From IMG/VR virus record IMGVR_UViG_3300040801_002079, positions 62,001-126,000 of that record: 64,000 nucleotides of DNA. One strand, 5' to 3'. Below the pieces are notes generated by a model, which worked only from the letters and a program-made list of their open reading frames with translations, made no database searches and had not been told where the DNA came from. The number at the start of each line of letters is the position of its first letter. Within the stretch, counting starts at the first letter, position 1. A program made the position numbers and the translations under genes. Positions 1 through 9,513 of the stretch are shown piece after piece.

Positions 1-396
1 GCTAGCGAACAGGTGCTCGACATCATCTTCCATTCCAAACAACTTGAGTGATTTGAGAATTCGTGTTATTCTGAGAAAGTTATGATTCTCGGGAGTCACC
101 CACCATTTGTCCATTATATCATAATTCCCTAATTGATAGAAGTTGAACATTCGGGCATACATGTTGGTTATGTTCAAAATGCACGTTGTCGATTCTCGAA
201 CAGCTTCAATGGTCTCTTTGTCCAGTGTTGGAGCATTGACATTGAACGCACTCGGTGTTGTTAATGGAAACACCCACTGGATGTAATCATGAACATACTC
301 TAGTTGGGCATCTTCCCATTCGATGATATCATTAAACCATCTTCCGTGAGTATCGAAAACATTACCTTTCAGGAATAAATGGAGGCGTTCGTTCAT
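1..396 (-). CDS. Opioid growth factor receptor (OGFr) conserved-domain protein, runs off the window start
   Basis: Not in the ORF track; hand translation from ATG 396 gives MNERLHLFLKG...HDYIQWVFPL..PSAFN..AP.L...NHNFLRITRILKSL, the OGFr_N signature motifs. Confidence 0.85.
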   Translation of the reverse strand, partial: MNERLHLFLKGNVFDTHGRWFNDIIEWEDAQLEYVHDYIQWVFPLTTPSAFNVNAPTLDKETIEAVRESTTCILNITNMYARMFNFYQLGNYDIMDKWWVTPENHNFLRITRILKSLKLFGMEDDVEHLFAS

Positions 397-575
397 GCTA
401 CTTTCTTCTCCACGTAGCGATCATTCCATGCTCGTAAGGCATCAAGTTCATTCGGACGCTTTGGTCCTTTGGTTTCACATGATACACAGTATACCTGCTT
501 GTTGAAGCTATTACCATATATCAGCATGTGGTTACATCCACAAAAGGGGCATGGTTTGATGTTCGGGTGTGGCAT
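393..575 (-). CDS. Lar-family restriction-alleviation-like zinc ribbon protein
   Basis: IKPCPFCG...VYCVSCETKGP...A..AWN.R pattern; ATGA overlap with the downstream gene. Confidence 0.75.
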   Translation of the reverse strand: MPHPNIKPCPFCGCNHMLIYGNSFNKQVYCVSCETKGPKRPNELDALRAWNDRYVEKKVA

Positions 576-585
576 GACTTTCTCC

Positions 586-1125
586 TTAACTTCCAAAGTA
601 GGCTTCGATGACCACACCGTCAGGCGTTTTAATAGGATCACTCAGTCCTTCAAAGAATGGACGCGGATCACACCGATCAATCAGTTTCAGCATTTCAGCA
701 AATGTCGTGTCTTTTGACATCTGGCTCTTCACACCATGAATGTCCATAACCCAACTGCTTTCAGGATGAACCTTCTTCAGGGGGCGAACCTCGTAATCAA
801 CACTGATTGCAAAGTTCTTCAGTTCCAACTCTCTGGTAAGTTCGTAGTTGGCATCTCGAACCTTCTCTTCAATCTGATTCTTTCTGATGCGCTTAACGGC
901 ACCAACAATCAGTTTCTTGAAGGTAAGGCGGGCATCATACCAGTAGTTATGTTCGATGTCGGGATGACTTCCCGGAGTGCGGCTGATCAGTTCCATGACT
1001 TGATCAGTATCTTCGTACAGGGGACCAACCACTTGACGAACTTCGTCCTCTGTCACAACCATCATGGCAAAGGAATCATTCTTGTGATACTGGCTCAGGT
1101 ACTCAACTGCTGCTTCGTAGTTCAT
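586..1125 (-). CDS. Hypothetical early protein
   Basis: 179 aa ORF preceded by a TATAAT + CCACGGAG module at 1133-1165. Confidence 0.7.
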   Translation of the reverse strand: MNYEAAVEYLSQYHKNDSFAMMVVTEDEVRQVVGPLYEDTDQVMELISRTPGSHPDIEHNYWYDARLTFKKLIVGAVKRIRKNQIEEKVRDANYELTRELELKNFAISVDYEVRPLKKVHPESSWVMDIHGVKSQMSKDTTFAEMLKLIDRCDPRPFFEGLSDPIKTPDGVVIEAYFGS

Positions 1126-2183
1126 TACAAATCTCCGTGGTTTGTACTATGAGTACATTATACATTACTCAGCGGATTTTTGCAACTCCCTTACCATGCG
1201 AAAGTTCTTATCTTCCATTTTGAGCAGGGCTTCACGATGATAAGAGGAACCGTCAATAGCACGTTGATGAACAAATGCTGCTGCTTCCAAATCTGTGTTG
1301 AATTCGGTATCCTCATCCCACCGCTGCAAGTCATACCATCCGTTAGGAATGTAGTGACTTCCCTCACAGCATGAAATGCACCATCCTTCTTTCCGTGCTT
1401 GGGTATCGTCAAAACCTTTCATTTTGTCTTTCCTGTGATAAAATAGGCAAGGGGTCCTTCAGCATGTAGATGCTTCAGGTCATCCTCATCAAGAGGAGTA
1501 AGAGGATTATAGCACAAATGGTGGTATTTTGCAACACACCACCGTGTGAAACGATAGCGTGATCCCACCCAGAATAGAACCCCACTAGTAATATAGTGGA
1601 TTTTTTGCAAGAATGTTATCATCTTCTTTGAACTCCTGTGCCCAGTCTTGTTCATCGGCTTCGATAACGTCATCCCACCCATGGAGGTGTGCATGAAGTT
1701 CTGCTTGTTTACGGATAGAATCCATGTCGAGATTGTCATCATCAATGTCAACAGTTTTCTTCTTGATGGTGGTTTCCATCTTGTAGTAAGTCATTTTCAT
1801 TTTTCTTTGTAGTCCCCTACAGAAATGTTTGCTCGTGGCGTGTGGTCCATGTCAACAATGTAATCAGCTAACCGTTTTGACATGTCTTTCAACTCAAACC
1901 GTGCAACGCGAAAATCACTTCGAAGATTTTCCAACACAACTTCAATGTCAGCAATCAGTGCGGCAGCATCCGGATTATTAGATGCGTAGGCTTGTACTTG
2001 ACATTCACCGACTCGGTGCCATATGGTAGATAACTCGTTGGTATAAACAAACTCAGGACCTGTTAAGTCCAAGTAGAGTTCAATCTCCAGAAGGAGGTAG
2101 CGCAGATTGACGGGCAACAGTGCTGCTGCTTTATCAATGGTTTCTTGTGGATAATCAATCATGTGATGACTATAGCACAGGTT

Positions 2184-2453
2184 TTATTTTTTATCAAGGT
2201 TTCCTAGACCGGAACCAGCAATTTTACCACCAATGCGTCTTACGACACGATCCACAACAGTTCCTTTGTTAAGGGCATTGACATCACCCAACACTTTATT
2301 GGCACCAAGAAGGAGTTCACGTAATGAATTGATACCAGATTTGGCATTTTTACGTTTACCCTTATGGGTCTTGGATTGATAAGGTGTTCTCATGGGTTTT
2401 GCCTTGTAAGGCTTTCTACCCGTTTTTGCTCTGTATGGAGTTCTCATGCTCAT
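2184..2453 (-). CDS. Small very basic late protein with repeated (M)RTPY motifs
   Basis: TATAAATA at 2459-2466, 5 nt before ATG 2453; Lys/Arg-rich; MRTPY occurs twice. Confidence 0.65.
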   Translation of the reverse strand: MSMRTPYRAKTGRKPYKAKPMRTPYQSKTHKGKRKNAKSGINSLRELLLGANKVLGDVNALNKGTVVDRVVRRIGGKIAGSGLGNLDKK

Positions 2454-3428
2454 GATACTATTTATACGCTGCAAGCAGTTCCTCTAAATTATCGACATCT
2501 ACTGTAGTGTCAAGTGGCTCATAATCCAGAACAAGTTCGTCAATGTACTCCTCATTCACATCTGGAATCTCTTTATACCATGAATCTCCGTGTCTGTGTT
2601 CCATGTCCAGAACGTTAACAACACGTTCCATGAACTGAAAGGCTTCTTCTTCAGTGGATGCACACCACTTGAAGATGGGATAAGGATCAGCGAAAATACC
2701 GCTGCTTTTGTAAAGTGTGAGAGTGACTAGGAACATTGCTCTTCCTTTAATTCGATGATACCCTTATTATACCATTCCAGAAGGAAAGTGTAAAGTTCGG
2801 GGGATGCGGGCACTGATTCCCATCCGGGTTCAAGGTTCATGAACCCCTTATAGTATGACTCTTTATCCTGTGTTACTTCATTGGTCTCACGGTTAATGTA
2901 AATTGGAATAATTGTACCATACCGACGATTTTCAATGATGGGATTGTTGAGCAGAATACAAAGCACTTCAGCTTCAAATCCTGCATAACGTCCCAGTGTT
3001 ACATCCCCACCTTTCTTCCATACACGAAGATTAAGATCGGGGCGACACCACTGCATATAGTTTGCAGCATATAGTTTCTGAAACTTAAACCCCTGCTTCT
3101 TCAGCTTGGAGTAATCACCATTAAAGCGAATGTATCGTTTCTTCATCATGGTAGCATCTATCGTGCTAACATGTGTGCATGGAGTGCACTGCACACGGGA
3201 TAAAAATAGGAGTTTTCCAAAACCGTGATGTAATCAGGTCCATCATCACCGTAACGAACGAGGTAATCATAACGTGAACCTTCACAAGTACGATACGCAT
3301 CCATGATGCAATTTTCACGCGGGTCCAAGAATGAACCAATGTACTTGCACTTGTTGCAATCATGGATGTAATGTGACATGTTCTTTCTCCGTGGATGATG
3401 GAGACATTATAACATAGTTAAAGGGTTA

Positions 3429-3542
3429 GAGCAAGATGGGTGTCGCACCCACATTTTCACTAACTATACTGGGAAACCTCATTATAAGGGTTGCAACCAT
3501 TCCCAGACGCTTCGTTGACTAGTATTGAAGCTTACATTGCTC
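3429..3542 (-). ncRNA. Candidate tRNA-like RNA (cloverleaf with enlarged loops)
   Basis: GAGCAA/UUGCUC closing stem, GCUUC/GAAGC arm, CUGGGAA/UUCCCAG arm, T-arm-like GUGGG-UGCGACA-CCCAU; no standard anticodon loop. Confidence 0.5.
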
Positions 3543-3545
3543 ATT

Positions 3546-3740
3546 GTGAGAGTAACACAGACCTCTCTATGCATTTTAGAATCAGGTAAACGACTGATCC
3601 ACTCTCAGGTGAATAAAAAGGGAAGTGAGGGAAGGGTAGATACCAACCTACCTTAGTTTTCTGATTCGGGTTCCCTGTATGCCTGTGTTCCTCATATGGA
3701 CCATCAAAGCAAGCAGTACAGTGGCATCCCCCACTTCCAA
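3546..3740 (-). ncRNA. Candidate structured RNA downstream of a sigma70 promoter
   Basis: ORF-free; GGAAGUGGGGGA/UUCCCUCACUUCC and UGAGAGU/ACUCUCA stems; promoter TTGACA-17-TATAAT at 3776-3748. Confidence 0.45.
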
Positions 3741-3747
3741 TAAATTC

Positions 3748-3776
3748 ATTATACTAAAATGATAATGGGTTGTCAA
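3748..3776 (-). promoter_or_regulatory. Consensus sigma70 promoter
   Basis: TTGACA (3776-3771), 17 nt spacer, TATAAT (3753-3748). Confidence 0.8.
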
Positions 3777-3924
3777 GTCCTTAGCGGGAAGCAGGCAGTC
3801 AATCTGCGTTCCCTGTAGCCGTTACATTGAGTTAGTCAATGATCTGACCCCTGAGTCACGGGGTAGGCTAACAGACAGTAGGTTAGCTGGTGACTAAATC
3901 CAGCCCTGCTCCCTGCTAAGGACT
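3776..3924 (-). ncRNA. Candidate multi-hairpin RNA directly 3' of tRNA-Leu
   Basis: About 20 bp closing stem AGUCCUUAGCAGGGAGCAGG/CCUGCUUCCCGCUAAGGACU enclosing several short hairpins. Confidence 0.55.
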
Positions 3925-3931
3925 CTTTATT

Positions 3932-4018
3932 TGGTGCCGAGGGCGGGACTCGAACCCGCATGGGATTTCTCCCGGCAGATTTTAAGTCTGCTGTGTATAC
4001 CAGTTCCACCACCCCGGC
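3932..4018 (-). tRNA. tRNA-Leu(TAA)
   Basis: GCCGGGG acceptor, GCAGA-CTTAAAA-TCTGC anticodon arm, long variable arm, GGTTCGAGTCC, encoded CCA. Confidence 0.97.
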
Positions 4019-4240
4019 AAAAACTTATTATATCACTCCCATTCAGTTCCTTCAAGTAGATATTACCAGAGTCTCCCATTGTGTACAATCAGTCTAGCGT
4101 ACATGATTGCTGCTAACGGCATAAGAATCAGGTTGACAACTTCCAGAGTAGTGGGGTAACCTCGTGCTTGAACACTCATTACCATACTACCAGCAATCAG
4201 ACCCGTTAAAAAGATAACGCAGGAACGAAAATAATTCATT

Positions 4241-4912
4241 TTATTCTCCAATCACTTCACAGTGTGCAATTTCAAGGTTAGTATGCGTAGCAAAGATTCT
4301 TCCGGCTTTCCATAGTCCACCATCAGTTTTACCCCACATACCATCGTAAACAAAGTTATGTCCTTTATCCCGACCATCACCGTAACCAAACATGAACTCG
4401 TTGGCATACACATCCTGAAGCGCAGGTTTCTCAATATCTCTGTGGTCATTGAACTGGGGAGGATCATACCGCACCTCACGTTCACACTCTTCATAGACAT
4501 TGTAACACAGGAACTTGTGGTAAGGCTTAAGTCCCAATTTCTTCATGTCGGGAGTCAGAGCTTCATCTTCACGACCATAGAACGGATCGTCATAGACGAG
4601 CACCATGATGTTGTCATCACGGCACGTTACATGATCCTGAATGATGATTACATGACGGTAATTTTCATGATTCTCCACCCAAATGGTTGCGTCCATATCA
4701 CCATATTCAAAACCATTCTCTTTACCCACATACCCTTTTTCGGTACAATAGTCATAGAGTTCTTTGAACAGGGTAAGGTGGTTATCAGCAATAAACTTAC
4801 CGAGAACACTGTCCATCATCCACTCAAGAGCGAGTTTAGGACACCCAGTTTCTTCCATTGCTTTGTTAATAATAGTGGCGAGTTTATTCGCTACTTTTGA
4901 TGTACCAGTCAT
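4241..4912 (-). CDS. Hypothetical protein
   Basis: 223 aa ORF, ATGA-coupled to 4909..5373. Confidence 0.7.
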   Translation of the reverse strand: MTGTSKVANKLATIINKAMEETGCPKLALEWMMDSVLGKFIADNHLTLFKELYDYCTEKGYVGKENGFEYGDMDATIWVENHENYRHVIIIQDHVTCRDDNIMVLVYDDPFYGREDEALTPDMKKLGLKPYHKFLCYNVYEECEREVRYDPPQFNDHRDIEKPALQDVYANEFMFGYGDGRDKGHNFVYDGMWGKTDGGLWKAGRIFATHTNLEIAHCEVIGE

Positions 4913-5373
4913 GCTGCTTCCTTCAATTCAAAGGTTTGAAAGTAGAAGTCACCTTCAACCGTCAGGACACCACGGTCCTGAAGGATTTGGGTAAGTGCGT
5001 CAAAATGCTCGTTACCACCCTTCCAGCAGTACCGCAGATAACCGAAGTCATCACGGGGATCGGCATTACGCAGATATTCCTCTACGTCACGCAGAGCAGA
5101 TTCACTAACTTCAAGGAGTTCATAACCCTGATAAACGTGCTCATAGTATTCATTGTAGTCACCCAGACCATACTTGCTGTTATCACGAACCAGCAGTTCA
5201 TAGTCCTTGGGGGACATGTCGGTAACTTCCGACAGAGAAAGTTCTGCGACCACAACTTCATCACCACCCTTGTTCTTCCAATACTGGGGGCATTCACCTT
5301 CACCGTCCCAATCGTGGGCACCGTAGTTCTCGCGCACTTGATAGAAAGCTACTACGATGAAAGATGCGTTCAT
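4909..5373 (-). CDS. Conserved hypothetical phage protein (ENYGAHDWDG.GECPQYWK.KGG motif)
   Basis: 154 aa ORF behind a CCACGGAG module; motif recalled from T4-like phage hypotheticals. Confidence 0.7.
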   Translation of the reverse strand: MNASFIVVAFYQVRENYGAHDWDGEGECPQYWKNKGGDEVVVAELSLSEVTDMSPKDYELLVRDNSKYGLGDYNEYYEHVYQGYELLEVSESALRDVEEYLRNADPRDDFGYLRYCWKGGNEHFDALTQILQDRGVLTVEGDFYFQTFELKEAA

Positions 5374-6226
5374 GTTGTTCTCCGTGGGTTCGTTCAGTTG
5401 ATAAGTACATTATACCAACTTACGGGGAAAAGTCAAGTCATTGCGGTATTATAAATCAGAATTGATCCAATCACTGTCATGGGAACAAACAATAATGCTC
5501 TCACCAATTTAACCCCAATTGATGCACGATCATCGTTTAGAATAAGGTCCACCACTGATATGAAAAACAGAATGGTGCTGGCGATAAGGTAGAATTTCAA
5601 CATTATTCACTATCCTCCAGATAACCGTCACAGTAGTTATAACCAATCACATCCTCAACCAGTCCTGCTCTAAACAACTTGAACTGGTAGTCCATGTAGT
5701 GGTAGTCTTTCCATCCCATGTAAATAACTGCAAGCAGCACTAAGATGATAAATTCAAGGATGCCTCTTTTCCAAACTTCTTTCGTGTGTAGTCCAAAACC
5801 CATTTTAACCCCATGCGGTAGATACTAAACTGGTAGAATGATACCATACCACAACTGTAACCAAATGTCAAGCACTAAAGAGTTCTGCTACCTTCTCCCG
5901 GCACTTGATGCGTTTCAACACTTCCTTTTTGGGAAGAAATTCAACATTAGGTTCATGGTATCCATCCCCATACGGAAGATGCAACAGGAATGAACGCACA
6001 CCTGAACCAACAGGACCTTCAACCATCATGTACTGTGCGTATCCGTCAGCAACGGGTTCCTGAAAGATTTTACCACTGTTCTTACCAGTGTACCCCTGTT
6101 CCTGTAACCATTCACGAATGGATTCACGGTGAAGTTCCTCGTCTTTCCCCCATTCCTCAAAAGTCTGATTAATGTAATCAGGCTCGGGAATGGTGGCTTC
6201 AAGTTCTTCGGGTAAGGAATAGATTT

Positions 6227-6742
6227 TCATGCTACACTCTCCATCATGTAATCCGCAGACACATGTGCTTGTGCGCGGCAGAAACCAAGATCATCATAAC
6301 CCCAACAGGAGTCGATGGGTTCTCCGTGCTCGTCAGTAATGATATAACCGTAAGCTTCACCACGAAGGTACTTGTCATAGGTATCCACTTCGACGGACAG
6401 ATGGGCTTTCACCTTCTCAATAAGTTCATCGGTAACCGTGGTCACACCATACTCTTTGCGAATGTCATCAAGGGACACGTAGATGTAACCCACCATTCCA
6501 GAATCCCATGGGCAACTGAACGGTTCCGTGCTCATGGTGATACCACTATGGTCGTACAAGTACAGGGGAAGATAGATGTAATCTTCTTCCGGTGGGGGCG
6601 CATCCTTGTCTCCAAGATCATAACGATTGTGGAGACAGAACATGGTCCCCAAGTTATCATCTTCGCGGGGGTTCATGGGTTCATCGTCGTAATACAGACT
6701 GATAACCATGTCGTGATATTCGTGGGTTTCAAAAGGTTCCAT
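6227..6742 (-). CDS. Conserved hypothetical protein (LPLYLYDHSG...WDSGxVGYIY family)
   Basis: Motif recalled from phage/ICE hypotheticals; early module upstream. Confidence 0.7.
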   Translation of the reverse strand: MEPFETHEYHDMVISLYYDDEPMNPREDDNLGTMFCLHNRYDLGDKDAPPPEEDYIYLPLYLYDHSGITMSTEPFSCPWDSGMVGYIYVSLDDIRKEYGVTTVTDELIEKVKAHLSVEVDTYDKYLRGEAYGYIITDEHGEPIDSCWGYDDLGFCRAQAHVSADYMMESVA

Positions 6743-6842
6743 CAAACTGTTCCGTGGTTTCAATGTAGGGATATTATAACAGATTGTAAGGAAGAAGTAA
6801 AGTGGTGGGCCGTGTAGGGATCGAACCTACAACCTACCGATT

Positions 6843-7612
6843 CACGTTTGTGTGCATTTCTACACTCCGTGGACTATATCACCACCCTCGTCATTAACGT
6901 TAGGGTGCGGGTCGCTCTAGCTGGTCATTAAGGGGACTTTACCCCTCCAGTAGTCTCTGCACCTTCCTAGAGTGTACTCTAGGCTTGGCTCAAGGTTTTC
7001 ATAGTAACCCATACTTTCTTGCCCATTTTCGTGCTCCATTGTCGCTGACATTATATTTCCTTCCTATGGCTAACCATGAAAGGTGATTCATGTCTTGCTT
7101 CAATTCGCCCTTAGTGGGCTTTGTTTTCCCTCTTTGCTGCTGGTATTTTAACTCTTTATACTTACCAGCACATTCTTTCGAACAGGTGTGCTTCTGCTTT
7201 GCCTGTAGAGTTTGAAAACAAATCTCACAGTATGTCGGTTCGGTTACCTTAGAGTTCCCTGAATTCAACCCGTTCCTTTCATAACTTTCGTGTATGAAGG
7301 CACCAGTATCAATCCAGTTATGTATTTTAACATGGTCTCCCCGACTAAGAACAATGAGATTCTCACTCCTGTTATTAGATCGGTTACAATCAAGATGATG
7401 AACAACTTCATTACTTTCTAGCTGTCTACCTAGATTGGATTCCACGACAAGAATGTGTTCGTAAACCCATCCCTTCCAGTTATCACAATCCATACTTGAT
7501 TGATAATCAGGTCTATACAACAACCTGTAACCATTTAAATACCGAACTGTCTTTTTACTTGTATCCATATGACTATTTATATCATATTCGAACCAAAGAT
7601 ACAAGTTTTTTG
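6843..7612 (-). mobile_element. Group I intron (IC3-like) in the tRNA anticodon loop, carrying an HNH gene
   Basis: Inserted after exon U, ends in G; P (GGGTTGAATTCAGGGAACTC), Q (AACCTTGAGCCAAG), R (GTGCAGAGACTA) and S (GATATAGTCC) elements present. Confidence 0.92.
6999..7568 (-). CDS. Intron-encoded HNH homing endonuclease with C-terminal Zn-finger and HTH
   Basis: YEHILV...EVVHHLDCNRSNN..ENL...H...H; CEIC..CSKEC; WLAIGRKYNVSDNGARKW; TATAAATA at 7574-7581. Confidence 0.9.
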   Translation of the reverse strand: MDTSKKTVRYLNGYRLLYRPDYQSSMDCDNWKGWVYEHILVVESNLGRQLESNEVVHHLDCNRSNNRSENLIVLSRGDHVKIHNWIDTGAFIHESYERNGLNSGNSKVTEPTYCEICFQTLQAKQKHTCSKECAGKYKELKYQQQRGKTKPTKGELKQDMNHLSWLAIGRKYNVSDNGARKWARKYGLL

Positions 7613-7902
7613 ATGAGTCGGTTGCTCTAACCAATTGAGCTAACGGCCCTTTACTTCAAAAGTAATTCTACCACAATGATGTTACTATTTCAACTTGGTA
7701 TTTGGTTTGACTCCACCACCCGTTCCGGTGCCACCACCAGTTCCATCGGCTTTATCATTCTTGGCTTTAACAACTCTCCAAGCAACAAATCCAACAAATA
7801 AAACAACAATTCCTGCTACTAGATATGTTTCCATGATTATATCCTCCTTTGAGGGTATTTATCCCCCGAATGATCGGGGGATTATCATGGTCCAGTGTTT
7901 GA

Positions 7903-8256
7903 TTAGGAAGTGGAGAAGGAGAGACCCATCTTGCGAACCTGTGCGTCGATGGCGGGTTCACTGCGCTTCATCTTCTTTGCAACTTCCGCACGGCTAAGAC
8001 CACCAAGAACAAGAGAAGCAATCTGCTTGTTCATTGCACCCGTATAGCGAACATACGAATTCTCAGCAGTGGAGGGGGAGCGAGTGGCTTTCTTGCGATC
8101 CCACTTGCGGCGAACCAACTCTTCCTTCAACTGGTAGACCAGTGCACGATCCGCATCAGATGCGAAACGCTCTACGTAGCGCTCTACCTGCTTCTCGGAG
8201 TTGACCAGTGCGGGGGCACGACCATCGGGAAAGATAATCATAAAACGTTTTTTCAT
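7903..8256 (-). CDS. Putative DNA-binding protein with C-terminal HTH
   Basis: GLSRAEVAKKMKRSEPAIDAQVRKMGL. Confidence 0.55.
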   Translation of the reverse strand: MKKRFMIIFPDGRAPALVNSEKQVERYVERFASDADRALVYQLKEELVRRKWDRKKATRSPSTAENSYVRYTGAMNKQIASLVLGGLSRAEVAKKMKRSEPAIDAQVRKMGLSFSTS

Positions 8257-8607
8257 GCTATTTACTCCGTGTAGTAAATGATTTGTGGTGTGCTGATTTC
8301 GGCCTGTGTTCCTAATCTCAGCGTGGGTATATACTAACAAAAGTTAGATGTTTTGTCAAGCTATGAAATGTAATTATCGGGGTCTAAACCCATCATTCCT
8401 CTGAGTTCACGAATGTGATATGCACCAACTGCAAGTTCAAACACATAAACAAGTTCTTCTTGAGTGAATTTACCCAAGTCAAGTTCAAACAATGTCCCAG
8501 CGTTACCAGAAACTTCCTGTATCCAGCGCTTCTGTTTCAATAAATCATCGTCTTTAAGAGCAGGAAGATACTTCTCTTCTAACCGTTTCTGCATTAATGA
8601 ACATGCG

Positions 8608-9513
8608 TCATTCATTGATAATTTCCTTGATTTTCCGCAGTTTATCGGCAGCAACCTGTTCGCTACCTTCCAAGTTGAAGTAGGCTGAGAGTGACCCATA
8701 GCGGGCTTCCAAGCAACTCATCAACAGAGGTTTTAGTTTATCATACTGTGGCAGCAGGGGCAAGGTGCTGTTAATATAAAGCGTATCCAGATCGGCTTGA
8801 CGCTTCTCAAACCATGATTCCAACTGCTCCAGAGTCCACTCACCGTTACGAACATCCTTCAGGAGTTCACGATTGGCTTCCAGATCAAGATCACCCGTTG
8901 AGAGCACCATTTCACACTGTTGAACCAGTCTTACGACATGATAGGCAAATTTGACATCATATCCAAACTTTGCAATAGTGTCTTTACGTTTACCAACAGG
9001 GTCTTTAGTGCGAAGCTTACGCAACTGGCTGTATGCATACCCTGACAGTTTCTTCTGGATACCACGATGAAGGAACAATCTACGGTTCTCACGCATAATG
9101 TCCCCAACCTCGTCAGAATGGACTACACACCGTTCAGGGACGAACAGGGAGTCGATCATGTTAGGATTGTTATCCGCACACAGCTTGAAGTAGTTGACGA
9201 TATTGTAAAGGGCAATGTCATATTCCTTACCCGTGTCCTCGTCAATGATGTGATGCTTTTGAACAACATCAATCACTTGGGGCTGAGGACCGAAACCGGG
9301 AATGTGACCAGCAGCATGAGGGAACACCATGTCAATGGGTGGAACAAATGCACCGTAGACATCGACATCAGAACCCATGTTAGAGACACCATAGGCAAAT
9401 GATCCCATGATGACCTCGTAACACGTTTCTTTAACAAACGGCTTCCACGGGGGCAGGAGTTCTTTCTTCTCCAGCTTCCGTACAATGCTTCCTCTGTCTT
9501 TTCCTGATGACAT
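8608..9513 (-). CDS. Pol-beta superfamily nucleotidyltransferase (RlaP/Nuc-transf type)
   Basis: GSFAYG....SDVDVYG, NPN, GYDVKFAYHVVRL and L.DVRNG motifs. Confidence 0.88.
   Translation of the reverse strand: MSSGKDRGSIVRKLEKKELLPPWKPFVKETCYEVIMGSFAYGVSNMGSDVDVYGAFVPPIDMVFPHAAGHIPGFGPQPQVIDVVQKHHIIDEDTGKEYDIALYNIVNYFKLCADNNPNMIDSLFVPERCVVHSDEVGDIMRENRRLFLHRGIQKKLSGYAYSQLRKLRTKDPVGKRKDTIAKFGYDVKFAYHVVRLVQQCEMVLSTGDLDLEANRELLKDVRNGEWTLEQLESWFEKRQADLDTLYINSTLPLLPQYDKLKPLLMSCLEARYGSLSAYFNLEGSEQVAADKLRKIKEIINE

Larger units (their letters stand above)
6803..7649 (-). tRNA. tRNA with CAT anticodon (probably Ile2), split by a group I intron; exons 7649-7613 and 6842-6803
   Basis: 5' half GGGCCGTTAGCTCAATTGGTTAGAGCAACCGACTCAT and 3' half AATCGGTAGGTTGTAGGTTCGATCCCTACACGGCCCACCA join into a complete cloverleaf. 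Confidence 0.93.
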
